Numbered from the stretch's first letter, positions 40,250 through 52,716 are shown. The stretch is DNA of 64,000 bases from Octopus sinensis (GCF_006345805.1 NC_043006.1:61318001-61382000); one strand, 5' to 3'. A program made the numbers and translations. The notes: generated by a model from the sequence alone, not told the origin.

Positions 40250-40915
40250 TAGTTGTGAAAATAAGTTAGCTGGCATAGAGAAATGGAAGGCATGTGATGA
40301 CAATTGAGAAAGATTCACCTGCAGCAATAATTTGCGCTGAATATCAAAATGCGGACAACATAATTGATGTTCAGTGTTCTGTGCAATTTGTAAAGGCTGT
40401 AAGATGTGACATGGACAGCTGCAACGGAGACTAAGAAACCTTGACCAGTAGGAAGGTACACAGCAAGCGTTCTGACTGTGTCCACGCCGGAATTCATCAA
40501 ACAATTGAATCATAGGGTTTTAGACTGTATTCAGATGCTTATGTGAAGAGACTGTGGTCAATCATTGTTTGGAGAGAGTTGCTACAGGAAGGCCGTATAT
40601 GTGACACCAGAATTCGGCTCCTAGAGATCTCCTCGCGATACCACATGACAGACTCAGAATTCCTACGACTCACCAGCCCTAATTTCTTCCTTCGTAATTC
40701 CACTGATTGTAATCCCATGGATTACGTGTTGTGGACCACAGTTGAGAAAAAAGAAACTCCAACTCATTTGCTACAGCACTAAGTGTGAGCTGATGGCCAT
40801 AATCATGGAGGTATTCACAGATCTTCCCAGGTACAAAGTGAAAGCCGCATGTGCCATATTTCGAAAGAGTCTTGAGGCCGTGGTTGAATCTGACAGAGGC
40901 TAATTTGAGTAAACT
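40250..40915 (+). mobile_element. Tc1/mariner-superfamily transposase relic (internally deleted)
   Basis: HSKRSDCV(fs)TPEFIKQL; TSPNFFLRNSTDCNPMDYVLWTTVEK (WPPNSPDxNPxDY-type motif); terminal KAACAIFRKSLEAVVESDRG*FE. Confidence 0.7.
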
Positions 40916-41049
40916 GATATCTCTCAGCTATAATCTGCTTGATATTTTAAACCGAGAAAAAATAAAATATATACTTTAGTTTTTGCTTGATATATTGTGG
41001 CAATTTTGGCCCGAACGCTCGCTATATACTCATTCCCCTTTTTATTTTT

Positions 41050-41555
41050 GTTTTGTTGTTAGCAAAAGAGTTTCAAGGACGGTAGAGAAAAGATGAGCAA
41101 TGATAAGAAGTGTGAGTTGGAGTAAGACGTCAAATCATCAGAGCTCGTTGCGAAAATTTCCAATTTTCTGGATGAAAACCGTCGTGCGTCCATAACGGCA
41201 ATAAACATACAGTTTGGAATTGGTGTACATAGAATTATTCATGATGGTCTGAACATGCGCAAAATTTCTACAAATTTTGTTCCCAGTTTACTCAGTGATG
41301 AACATTTTTTTCCATCTACATGACAACAGGTGGCATCAAAGTTCTTCGTTACCCTTCCTAACCTACATATCTTGCTCCATTTGTCTTTTGATTATTCTTC
41401 ATTCTGAAGGAGATAATGAGAAGCAATAGTTTTGAAGATGAAAGATGCAGTGACAACGGTCCTGGACACCTTCACGTTAGAGGACTTTTATGGGACTTTG
41501 ACAAAGTGGCTGGAACGCTACAAGTGCATTGAAGTCCGAGAATCCTACTTTAAAA
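41050..41555 (+). mobile_element. Mariner transposase relic (irritans-like)
   Basis: SELVAKISNFLDENRRASI..HRIIHDGLNMRKISTNFVPSLLSDE, then AVTTVLDTFTLEDFYGTLTKWLERYKCIEVRESYF. Confidence 0.75.
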
Positions 41556-42779
41556 CTTATTTTTTTTTACTTCATTGAAATTAATACATGGAGTTAATTG
41601 CTCAAATAACGTAATGCAGACGAAAACAGGTTAAATTTGTGTTAACATGTTTAATAAAGTGGGCAATAACAAAATTTCATTAGCAATATTTATGTGATGA
41701 GGAAATTAAAGATTTTGTTAAATTTTCACAAAAATTATTAGTATAGGAATACGAATATACAAAACATTACTTAATAATTATTATGTTAGGTCTCTAGCAG
41801 TAATTAACATTCGATTTACTTTATTTTATAGTTTAAACTTTTACATTTTATGATTCTTTGCTTGTATGTGCCTATTTAGATGCCATAAACGAACACATAA
41901 ATATGAGAAACACAAAATAACAATATATTCAATTGACGCTTTTCAGAAAATTAATTTAGTTTTGTTTATTTATTAATATATCGATTTACATTTACTTAAT
42001 GGGTTTTTGCTCAGCGTGTTTTACACAAAATCTTTTGTTTTAGTGTATAGCTTGTTTTAGTTTAGGGTTGCTCATTGTTTTTTTGAAATATTATATTAAT
42101 TAATTTAGGAACCAAATTATTTAAAAATCGTTAGTTTTGGATATAAAATTAGACTTTACAATGAAGTAATTATAAATTTACATTGGAGGTAATTTGGAAT
42201 TTATGATATGGGGAAGCATTTCCTAAATATTTTGACACTCATTTTATTCAAGCTTTTGCATTCATTTAACCAGTAATTTGACATGAAGCAGAGATTTAAC
42301 CGCAATTGTGCTAAGTGCAGTGTGATCTTAAAGAAGTTGACGTCGCAATCAGAAGACGTCTGATTCATCCACCCCCTGCATGGCATATTAGGCACCTTCG
42401 AAAGACTTGTACGTAAAATTAGTTAGACGGAAACTGCAGCGAGTCCCATCGGGGGGTCTTGTAATTGTACTTCAAAAACTACAGCCTTATCACGGACTTT
42501 ATCATGATGGTTCAGTCTGAAATTTCATAAATGCTAAGCCACCTATACGTTCATTCCGCAGTAGATAATTAAGTTCAACAAGTGGATCCTCATTGCTGAA
42601 CGACGGAGATCCACTACCAATTACATATACCTTTCCAACAAATATGAAGTAGTATTAAGTTTTATTTCCATCAGTGCAATGTTTAACCAACTTATATACT
42701 TTGTTTTACACAAGTTGTTGAAGCTGAAAATTATGTAGATATCTTGGATAAAAACAAAATGTAATAGTTTGGTTTTGTA

Positions 42780-43000
42780 CAGCAGCGAGCCAACAAGCCT
42801 GTTAGTGTGCCGGTCAAAATACCTAGCGTCATATCGTCCGTCTTTACGTTCTGGGTTCAAATTCCACCAATGTCAACATTACCTTACATCCTTTCGGTGT
42901 TCATAAAATAAGTACTCGTTGAGCATTGAGGTTCGATATAATCTACTTATTCCTTCCCAAGAAATTACTGGCCATCTGTCAAAATTTGAAACCAATAATT
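42780..43000 (+). mobile_element. SINE family B, diverged
   Basis: tacgttctgggttcaaattcc, catcctttcgg, ataaaataagtac and gttcgatataatctact blocks. Confidence 0.55.
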
Positions 43001-44149
43001 TAAGTTTGTTATCGTGAACATTCCATTTAATATGTGATTGAATGATTTTTATAACACAATGAAAAACTGTTTGATCACTAGTCTCAATCAATCACTTTCC
43101 ACTTCCGTTCTCTAAAATATTTGCGAGATACTTTAGAAATATACAAGCACAAAACATAGCAGAATACTTGGACTGGTTGAGAATAGATTTTTTTTTTCTG
43201 TGTTGATTGATTAGATACAGAAAATGAAAAAAATTCATATGACTTCCTTAGCTTATAATTTCTTAATATGAATTTCATGTCAATAGTTGTAAATTTAAAA
43301 CTATATCATAAACAATTCATAAAGTCTGTGTTAAAACTGAACAATGCCGAACAAGTGTCGGAAGTATTCTACCTTGTTAGCTACAAAATATTTTTCAAGA
43401 ACGCTCTCTCTAGGGATTCTTCAAGTAGTACCATCATCCCTTCATTACGATAAATACAAACTTTCTCTTTTGACATAAATAGCAAAGCCAATGTCAAAAA
43501 CTTGGCTGCAAATATCCGATGATATAACGTAAGAAACCATATAAAATAACAGTTAAAAAGGCATTGTTGCCAAGACCAGGTTTCGTATGTATATTTAGTG
43601 ATATTAAACTCCAAATCATCTTTCTTTTTTAATAAAATTCGGAAAGCGCCATTCAATTAACAATAAACGACTGGTATCATTCATCATCAACACCAAAACA
43701 TACGATACCGGCACCACACATGCCATCTACCTGATTCTCGATACACGTCATATATCCGATGCTAACAATCATGATATATTGGTCTTGCTACGGAGTTTGC
43801 AATAATTAAGAACAGTATATTTGTAGCTGCGCTAATAAAGACAGGTGTAGTAGTGTTGTTGCTTATGCTCTGTAGGAATTGATACAGGTGTCATTAAATC
43901 GTCATATGCAAATGAATTCATTAGTGCTGCTATTTCGTATGAGATGGAATCATGATGATAATGAAAATAACAGACATTCTAATACCGGTGAAAAAGAAAT
44001 GATATATTCATAACATATTCACAATGAAACAGATATTTAAAACATATTCATTTACAGCAGATTTTAAATGAAATTTTTATCACTACCCCATGCTGATAAC
44101 ACTTACGCTTTGATAGATTTATCTAGGAAGATCGAATATCTCAATTTTG

Positions 44150-44320
44150 CTTAGAGGTATGTCGCTTGTCCTTATGTTCTGAGTTCAAATTCTGCCGATG
44201 TCGACTTTCGGGGTTGATAAATTAAGTACCTATTGCGTACTGGGGTCGATCTAATCGACTGGCTCCCTTTCCTCTAAAATTTCAGGTCTTGTGTCTATAG
44301 TAGAAATGATTATTATTGTT
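44150..44320 (+). mobile_element. SINE family B, 5'-truncated, with (ATT/GTT)n tail
   Basis: gttctgagttcaaattctgccga.gtcgacttt, gataaattaagtacc and actggggtcgatctaatcgactgg blocks. Confidence 0.6.
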
Positions 44321-44389
44321 GTTGTTGTTGTTGTCGTTATTATTATTATTATTATTATTATAAGGATTTTTAATTGCAGTACAACATCA

Positions 44390-45115
44390 AATCCTTCCTA
44401 CCAATAGTTACCAGGAACATATAATGAAGAAAGATACAAATAACTGCGAAATGTGAGATGAAGGAAAAGAATCAATAACTCATATTGTTTCTGGCTGCCC
44501 AGTACAGGCTAAGTTGGAATATATCCAAAGACATGACAAAGTTAGTACCTAGATATACCGTATGCTATGCCAATACTACACAATGACAACAGAAGGAAAA
44601 TTGTAGAAGTATATCCCAGAAAAGGTCGCAAAAAATAACAACGCAAACATGTTCTAGGATAAGGCAATGCACGCAGATAGAAAGTTCAAAGCTAATAAAC
44701 CAGGTAAGAAAACAATTTTTTTAATAGACATAGTAATTCCGACAGAAGACAATGTATCTTTAAAAGAAACCAACATTCTCAAAGTACGAAGATCTGGAAA
44801 TAGAAATAATAGAGATATGGAGCTTAAAACCAGAAATAACCCCTATAAAAATAGATGGATTAGGTTTCATTAAAAGATCTACATGCAAATGCCAGTACTT
44901 ACAAAAATATACAGTATACAGAAAATAGCACTACTAGGCACAACACACATGATACGTAAAACGATTTCGGCACAGTGAAAAATAAACGACACCCGGATAT
45001 ACCACAACACATACCAAAGGCACACAGAACTGCGCTTGATAGTTCGTAGAAAGCACGTGCTAAAAAGACTACTGAATAACAACAATAATAATAATAATAA
45101 TAATAGTAATAATAG
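44390..45115 (+). mobile_element. Dong/R4 3' relic with (AAT)n tail
   Basis: SLPTNSYQEHIMK..ESITHIVSGCPVQAKLEYIQRHDKV; DRKFKANKP..FLIDIVIPTEDNVSLKE; QKIALLGTTHMIRK. 3' UTR similar to 33.6/34.1 kb. Confidence 0.8.
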
Positions 45116-45425
45116 CCCTGATGCAATACCAGACAGTGGCTCTCATGGCCTCTGATCTTAACTGATTGGAAGTGTTATCATGTACATTATTTTGTCTTGG
45201 TATAAAAAGATGGGCTACAGCAAATAATCTGCTCAATACCACAAATTTGCTTGTGAAATGTTTGACCATAACCAGTTGAGCATGTCCCTTAGTGGCTGAC
45301 GATATGTGCATCTCTGACCACGAGGAGAAGTAGTGCGGGGGGGAACCATAACCGTGTGTTGAAAGGAATTCTTTCGTATATTTTATCCCAGTTTCAATTT
45401 GATGGCATGCACTGCTCTCCCACTC

Positions 45426-45495
<70 letters not shown>

Positions 45496-45932
45496 GAGAT
45501 CCTTACAAAATCCTGTGGGTTTTCCCAGACAGACCAGGAACCGGAGTACAACAAGACTGACCTAAATGTGTTTGATAAATTAAACTACATGTGGTCTATA
45601 ATTGATATTGCGTGCCTATATAATACCCACAATACTTATGAATTATCATCTCAGTCATTTAAAATAGAAGCAAGTGAGATATCAGCTACAAATTTATTTT
45701 ATAAAGTGTTTGACACAATGAGGTTACAATACTTAGCAAATAATTTGTTCTCTGGCGCTAAATAATGTAAATAATCTACATATTTCCGTCTTATAAAAAT
45801 TCTTCAGATAGATGCGTTCTACTCAGATGACAGCATTAAGCATAAATGATATATATCAAGATGTTTTGTGAATGGAAAGACATTGAAGATAGCCACTAGA
45901 AGTGAGCATTGTCCATACTGAAGGTATGTACG

Positions 45933-46097
45933 TTATTTATATTAGTTACATTTGACAAATGTTGTCCTCATCTTGTTCGTTGTTAACACAACGTTTCGGC
46001 TGATATACCCTCCAGGAATTCATCAGGTGCCTTGGAGAAATTTCAAAGATGTGTTCCATTCCTAAGGTATTTTTCAATGTTATTATCATTATTATTG

Positions 46098-46131
<34 letters not shown>

Positions 46132-46141
46132 CATTATTATT

Positions 46142-46176
<35 letters not shown>

Positions 46177-46178
46177 TA

Positions 46179-46223
<45 letters not shown>

Positions 46224-46301
46224 CATTATTATTATTATCATTATCATCATTATTATTATTATTGTTGTTGTTGTTGTTGTTATTATTATTATTATTATTA
46301 C

Positions 46302-46357
<56 letters not shown>

Positions 46358-46428
46358 TCAATGCTTGGAATTGTACTCGGAATCTTAGGGTTAGTAGCCC
46401 ACGGTCTTAACGACTATGCCACATGCCC
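45933..46428 (-). mobile_element. Composite element: tRNA-like head + (AAT)n + hammerhead-bearing tail
   Basis: Head 46428-46354 reproduces tRNA positional consensus (T8 G9 G10 C11, A14 G15, G18, G53 T54 C56 A58 C61). About 270 nt of (AAT/GAT/AAC)n, then CTGATGA (46026-46020) and GAAACGTT (45997-45990). Confidence 0.6.
45985..46031 (-). ncRNA. Minimal type I hammerhead motif, core intact
   Basis: GGCAC-CTGATGA-attcCTGgagggtatatCAGcc-GAAAC-GTT-GTGTT. Stem I is 3 WC + 2 GU pairs; stem III palindrome AACGTT; stem II base degenerate. Confidence 0.6.
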
Positions 46429-47887
46429 GTACGCGTGCGTGCCTCGCCATAGCTGTGCGCGCGCAAGCGTGTGCACAAGCGCGCAGTTGCATACGTGTGT
46501 GTGCGTGTATGTGTCTGTGTGTGATGTGTTTGTGTATGTCTGTGCATTTCTGTGTCTATGTATGCATGTGTCTAAATAGCAAACTGTTTATATCACCGAA
46601 ATGCTTTATATCTCATACACATATATCTATGTAAATGTGAGAATACATCATACTTTAAAAAATAGTAATTAAAAAAACCTAATGTATTAAACGTTATTTG
46701 TGATACCATTTAGTCTATAAGCTGAATGTTTTGATGGCACAGAATATTTTATGAAGGATTAGTAGTTCACTGCAAGTAAGTTTATTCCCATATTGTAACT
46801 TATGGCAATTGATGGATATAAGATAAATAATGGCGTTCAAAGAAAACCAAAAAGAGCTAATAGTATTATTATTACTACTACTATTGGTAGTCGTACTGAT
46901 GCTGATGCTTCTCCTAAATGAGCTATAAATGCTAGCAGGAAACATTAATGCACATGTGTAAATTTACTTAAATATATACATATATAAGAGTAATTTTTGT
47001 GTGTGTATTATTCTGAAAGAGCTACTCCCTTGTGTATACACCACTTAAAAAGTAAAACCTGCATGAACTGGAATATGTTCAAGTATCAGACTGTCTACGT
47101 TATGAACTGGAGTCAATCTCAAAAGTTTCAATAGGTTTACAATAACCTCTACAAAATGTGCTCACCTTAAACTAAAAGCTTTAAAACTCCATTAAATGTC
47201 TTTAAACATGCTGTTTATTTTAAGCAGGTCGTAATCACCACTTCACTGAAATATGTTCGCGTATTGACAACACTGGAAATTATTACATTTGCTTCAGTTT
47301 GAATTTTTGTCTTCTCAAAATTACCTTTTGCATTTTTAAGAATTCTGCATTAAGATACTAATATACATAAACTTTTACTAGTTTCTTGCACTGAAACTTT
47401 CAAGTGAAAGTTGATATATTTTGAAAAAAATGGCTAATTTTAATCTAAGGTGACAAACGTGAATTAGTTGCAATATTACTCGTTCAAAGACCTATTTCAT
47501 TAATAACATTAAACGAGTGAATTTTCCACAAAGTTACTAGCTCAGCATATTTAAATACCATGTTCATTATTTTAGAATATATCTAGAAACAAAAGTTAAA
47601 TACATATTTGATCTTAATAAGCAATTACAAACACACACGCACACATATAAAATGATAAAATATATAGTTTGTTGGAAGAGGTGTAAATGATTTATATATT
47701 GAGAATAAAAGAAAGGTAATCAAAGTTTTGGATAATTATTTACTTTGCCTCCTCATTTCGTTTCTGTGAATCATCAAAACTGATATCTTTAGAGAAAATG
47801 CATCCCTTTTATATATGCTAGTTGTAAAAATCTGGAGTCGAATGAGGAACAAAATATTCTCTTGCTATCTATATATGTGCGTATAAA

Positions 47888-47972
<85 letters not shown>

Positions 47973-47992
47973 TATATATATTATATATATAT

Positions 47993-48414
47993 AGACGCAG
48001 GAGTGGCTGTGTGGTAAGTAGCTTGGTAACCAGCCACATGGTTCCAGATTCAGTCCCACTGCCTGGTATCTTGGGCAAGTGTCTTCTGCTATAGCATCGG
48101 GTCGACCAAAGCCTTGTGAGTGGATTTTGTAGACGGAAACTGAAAGAAGCCTGTCTTATATATGTATATATATATATATATGCATGCGTGTGTATATGTT
48201 TGTGTGTCTGTGTTTGTCCCTCTAGCATCGCTTGACAACCGATGCGGGTGTGTTTACGTCCCCATCACCTAGCAGTTCGGCAAAAGAAACCAATAGAATA
48301 TATATATATATATACTTACAAAGAATAAGTCCCGGGGTGGATTTTCTCGACTAAAGGCGGTGCTCCACCATGGCTGCAGTCAAATGACTGAAACAAGTAA
48401 AAGAGTGAAAAGAG
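47993..48414 (+). mobile_element. tRNA-derived SINE, family A (copy 4, best preserved)
   Basis: agacgcaggagtggctgtgtggtaag (A-box-like TGGCTGTGTGG), gattcagtccc, internal TA/TG tract, aaacaagtaaaagagtgaaaagag tail. Confidence 0.9.
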
Positions 48415-48700
48415 AGAAAGAGATATATATACCATGACTAAACCAAAATTGACATCTTGAATTGTCATCAACTTCAACCATCGCAGAAAATGATCCCTTT
48501 TTCTGGCTTCGTAGTATGACAAATCGTCATTAAGAATACAATACAATTTCGACTTTCTGGATAAATGCGCTTTACTCTCTTTTGTCGTCATTTCCTTCAT
48601 TCTTTCTTGCCCTTCTTTCTGACCTTTTGTCTTTCCCTTACCTTTCTTTGTTTCTTTATTTCTTTCCGTCTTCCCTTTTTCGTTCTAACCATGCCTCCAG

Positions 48701-48767
48701 AAATTTACCACAATCATACTAGCATAGATACATACATACATAAATACATAGATGCATGTATATACAA

Positions 48768-48843
<76 letters not shown>

Positions 48844-48942
48844 TATATATACAGGATATATATATATATATATCATTGTATATACATGCATCTATGTAAT
48901 TATGTATGTATGTATCTATGCTAGTATGCTTGTGGTAAATTT
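48701..48942. repeat. Spacer-less fold-back centred on a (TA)n tract
   Basis: aaatttaccacaatcatactagcatagatac..cctgt(TA)n aa|tt (TA)n acagg..gtatctatgctagtatgcttgtggtaaattt. Two mismatches in the non-TA parts. Confidence 0.95.
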
Positions 48943-48956
48943 ATATATATGCTTGT

Positions 48957-49040
<84 letters not shown>

Positions 49041-49041
49041 T

Positions 49042-49455
49042 TAATGAGGGTAAAATTTCTTTCGAAAAAAATTTTATCAATGGCCAGCATATCAAAAAAT
49101 ACATTTAAAGGTTAAATTCATAAATAATTAACCATATAATTTTTTCACAAGACGCACGCTACTCGAAAAAAGGTCGACAGAAATTTCTAAAAAATTCCAT
49201 TATTACCATATCGGATCGTTTCAGAGTTAGCTACTAAAAGTATCTCATTTATTTCTTCTGCCACATGTATCACTGACGAAGAGAGGGCTCTTAGTAGCTA
49301 ACTCTGAAATCGGTCCGATATGGATTTTTTTAGAAATTTATGTCGACCTTTTTTCGAGTAGCGTGCGTCTTGTGAAAAAATTATATGGTTAATGGACAAT
49401 ATGTCCAATTTTTCGGCATATTTGGCATTAGAATTTTTTTTCTCTGCCCTCATTT
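49042..49455. repeat. Inverted repeat with hammerhead motif at its centre
   Basis: Inner arms 49128-49240 and 49288-49392 are highly similar apart from an 8-nt indel. Degenerate outer arms end in aatgaggg / ccctcatt. Flanked by (TA)n. Confidence 0.9.
49266..49322 (+). ncRNA. Minimal hammerhead motif, core intact
   Basis: tgtatca-CTGACGA (49273-49279)-AGAG..CTCT-GAAA (49306-49309)-TCG-GTC-cgatatg. Stem II 4+4 bp. Stem I has an A.C mismatch at the first pair, then 4 WC + 2 GU pairs. Confidence 0.6.
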
Positions 49456-49458
49456 ATG

Positions 49459-49501
<43 letters not shown>

Positions 49502-51468
49502 TTTTATCTTTGCATACTATACACATATTACCCGTATATAGATATAACCATATATAAATGCATACACACATACATGTATGCATATATACCAAGTACAAAC
49601 AGTTTTAAACGACGTTTGAAATAATGATTCTTAATTGATATAAGCTGGCGTTTACTGTTTCATATAAACATATAAACAGATTTTTCATTTCCGGAGTTTG
49701 TAAGAATATTGTTTTGTTGGAAGTTTTCAGTTGCTGTTGCGGAGTTTAGCTGTGATGAAATGAAATCAGAGACGTCTGTACTAGAGTTTGTCATTGCAAA
49801 TGCTAAAATTTTGCAATAGTAAGTTTGTATAATATATAATAATATTTATAATAATATAGAACTCTGCATTTTATGTAGATTAAGAGAAATCGCCACGAAT
49901 ATGTATACTCACCGTCAGAGTTGGCGGCATGAATAGAAAATATATGATAATGCATAACTCTTGAAATTTACTTTTATGTACCTTCATCTCCTATGTGAAT
50001 AAAAATATAAATCGTATAGAAAGGCATAGATTTTAAAATTGAAATCTCCCCATCCATGATATATCTCACACTGAACATTATTCTCTAACAGTACTATTAA
50101 ACGTGTTCTTTTTATCTGGAGATCTAGCATGCAAAATATATTATGAATTGTATATAAATTCATGAAAGCTAATGATCCACTTACACTCTTCATTAGAATC
50201 AAGTAAGTGGGTATAGATCACTGCTGGTCTATATGGAAAATATAAATAACAATTGATTACTACAGATAAATTTTCTTGAAAATTCAGGAACTATTTCTAA
50301 GGTAATGACCATACGAAATGTTACTCTCACATCGTAATCAGTATGCTAAATATCTTGGTTAATCAGATCCAAATCGCAAGTATTAAATTCGTTCGAAAAT
50401 GATTCAGTATTTAGAACAAAAAAATCGTTATAGACGTAACAGCCCAACCACAGATTACTAGTTACATCTTGCTACATACGTTGAAGGCTAATACATATAA
50501 GATAATGATATTTTCAAGGTAGATCTGTGATAAATAACGCAATTGAAACCAAAATATCAGCTTCAAAGAGTCAACATTTCATATCTTAACATACAATGAT
50601 TAACATCTCAGTAAACCGTCCGAAACAAATACAAATGTAGAGTAAATATTAAAATCGTATGATTTTTAGAAATAACACATTCAAATATTTACATAGTTTC
50701 GCTTATAAAACTATGTAAACAGTAATATGAAAGATGTATTTTGTACACTGAATAAAATATGTGTGTGAAAGGTGTATTTGTGTACGTATGTGCGCATGTG
50801 TGAGTGTGTATGATATATATATATATATATATACACCCACACGTACACACTCTCTCTCCCTCAGAAACACACACACACACAAGCACGCAAATACGTGTGT
50901 ACGTGTGTGGGTATATGTGTGATTATAAGTATAAAACCATAAGACAATGTCGAGCTAAATACAACAAAAATTTTTTCACGATCAACATAAATTCTATTAA
51001 ATATCACATCGAAGACGAAAATTACAATTGGTTTCAGCATGAACACATATACTCAAATATAACACAAATGCAAATAAAAATAGTCAACAAAGAAGTGAAA
51101 ATCATGTCGATCGATTGTGAATTTAGTAAATTAAATAGACCATGATCGCATTTAGTAGAGTTTTCACATAATAGCTGATGCAACGGTATCAAAATTAGGC
51201 ACACACACACATACTTGTACACACACACTCACACACAAACACACACACACAAACACGTATTTATATATTTCACTTATGCATTGTGAGACTATATATATAG
51301 ATATATATATATACGTGCGTTTGTGTGTGTGTGTATGTGTGCGTGTGTGTTATATCATGCGAGCTCGGGCGAAAACGACCTTTCTTCAGGATGCTTGAAG
51401 TGCCGATATCTTCAAGAACTGCAAAAAACTGCAGCCCAATATACACACAGCTAATATATATATATATA

Positions 51469-51509
<41 letters not shown>

Positions 51510-51689
51510 CATTTTATAAAATAAATTACTTTGCCACATACTGAACTCATTAGAAATAGCAGCCCCCCAAAAATTTTTTTTAGCCATTTCTAATACTTAA
51601 AGAAAATTTCTCTCAGATAGTGTTTACTCAAAATAACCCACGAAGGTATGGGGGTAAAAACATTAAAAAAATCACAAGTGCAAAGATTA

Positions 51690-51751
51690 TTTGAGAACGT
51701 ACGTTTCTAGATCAGCCAAATACAATTCGACATTTCTTTCGTCAGCTCAAA
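51690..51751 (-). ncRNA. Minimal hammerhead motif, core intact, 6-bp stem I
   Basis: Minus strand TTTGAG-CTGACGA-aAGA..GTCGAA ttgta TTTGGC..TCTa-GAAAC-GTAC-GTT-CTCAAA. Stem III palindrome ACGTACGT. First pair of stem II is A.A. Confidence 0.65.
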
Positions 51752-52116
51752 ATTTCTTAATTCGGATTTGTAAACACTGAAAGTAGGAGCATACCCTTTT
51801 GGCGACTTTTCACCTCCGAAGATCCGTTCAAACTAACAGTGCCAACAAATTCAAAATATGCAAGCGAAGAATTTCTGCCGTCCCCTTCCACCCACGTGGG
51901 CTAAACTAGCAAACACCATGTTTTATCGGTGAAAACCGAAGCATTAAACAGAGAGAAATGAATTATAATTTCAACAATTGAGCATACAGGCTGTCGACTT
52001 TTAGTGGTCAGATCTCTAAATGTTGTATATATATATAGAGAGAGAGAGAGAGGGAGAGAGAGAGTGAGAGAGAGAGGGGGAGAGAAACAGAGAGAGGGAA
52101 AGTAAACTCTATTCGC

Positions 52117-52544
52117 CAACGTAAAGTGGCAGTCGACATTGGAACGAAGTTACTACCTTTTTAGTCCAAGGAAAATATCTTTCCACCTGGTTATCGACGC
52201 ACAACTGTGTCCTTATACCTCGTACAAGGCAGCTAATGTCCCCACTGAGCATTAAACAGTAACCTGCGGTGATGGTTTTTCGGTGTTTTTGCTTCACATT
52301 AAAATAATATAACTCGAACAATAACTAGTGCCGTCATATCCAGCAAACGGCTATCCTATGCCGATGAAGCAAAATAACACAAAAAACATGCTACGCGTGA
52401 ATCATTTAGGTCTGAGTGGGGACATTAGCTGTCTTGTTCGAGCTATAAAGAAGCAGTTGTGCGTCGGAATCAATGGGAGATGATGATTTCCGGGGCCTAA
52501 AGATGTAGTAACATCGTCCTAATCAGGACTGCTACTTTACGTTG
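52117..52544. repeat. Old degenerate inverted repeat (~180-bp arms, ~65-nt spacer)
   Basis: 52117-52297 aligns to the reverse complement of 52363-52544 through caacgtaaagt, gttactac, cgacgcacaactg, cagctaatgtccc and tttgcttca. Roughly 70% identity by eye. Confidence 0.8.
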
Positions 52545-52629
52545 CCAAATCCATTTTACTCACTAGTAGTGTAATTACTTCTCGCTCATAGATTTAAGAC
52601 AGTTTCGTTTTCTTGATATGTACATATAT

Positions 52630-52670
52630 GTAAATGTGTGTACACACACACCACACATATATATTATATA

Positions 52671-52716
<46 letters not shown>

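Noticed and set aside
46354-46428. Possible genuine tRNA gene (also the SINE heads at 36.1, 48.0 and 56.4 kb)
   Set aside because: Acceptor and T stems do not pair properly and the heads run into SINE bodies or microsatellite. These are tRNA-derived heads, not tRNA genes.
49904-49932. Minus-strand ATG CCG CCA ACT CTG ACG|GTGAGT, resembling a first coding exon
   Set aside because: Only six codons and a short donor match, with no downstream exon identified. Cannot be supported without RNA-seq.
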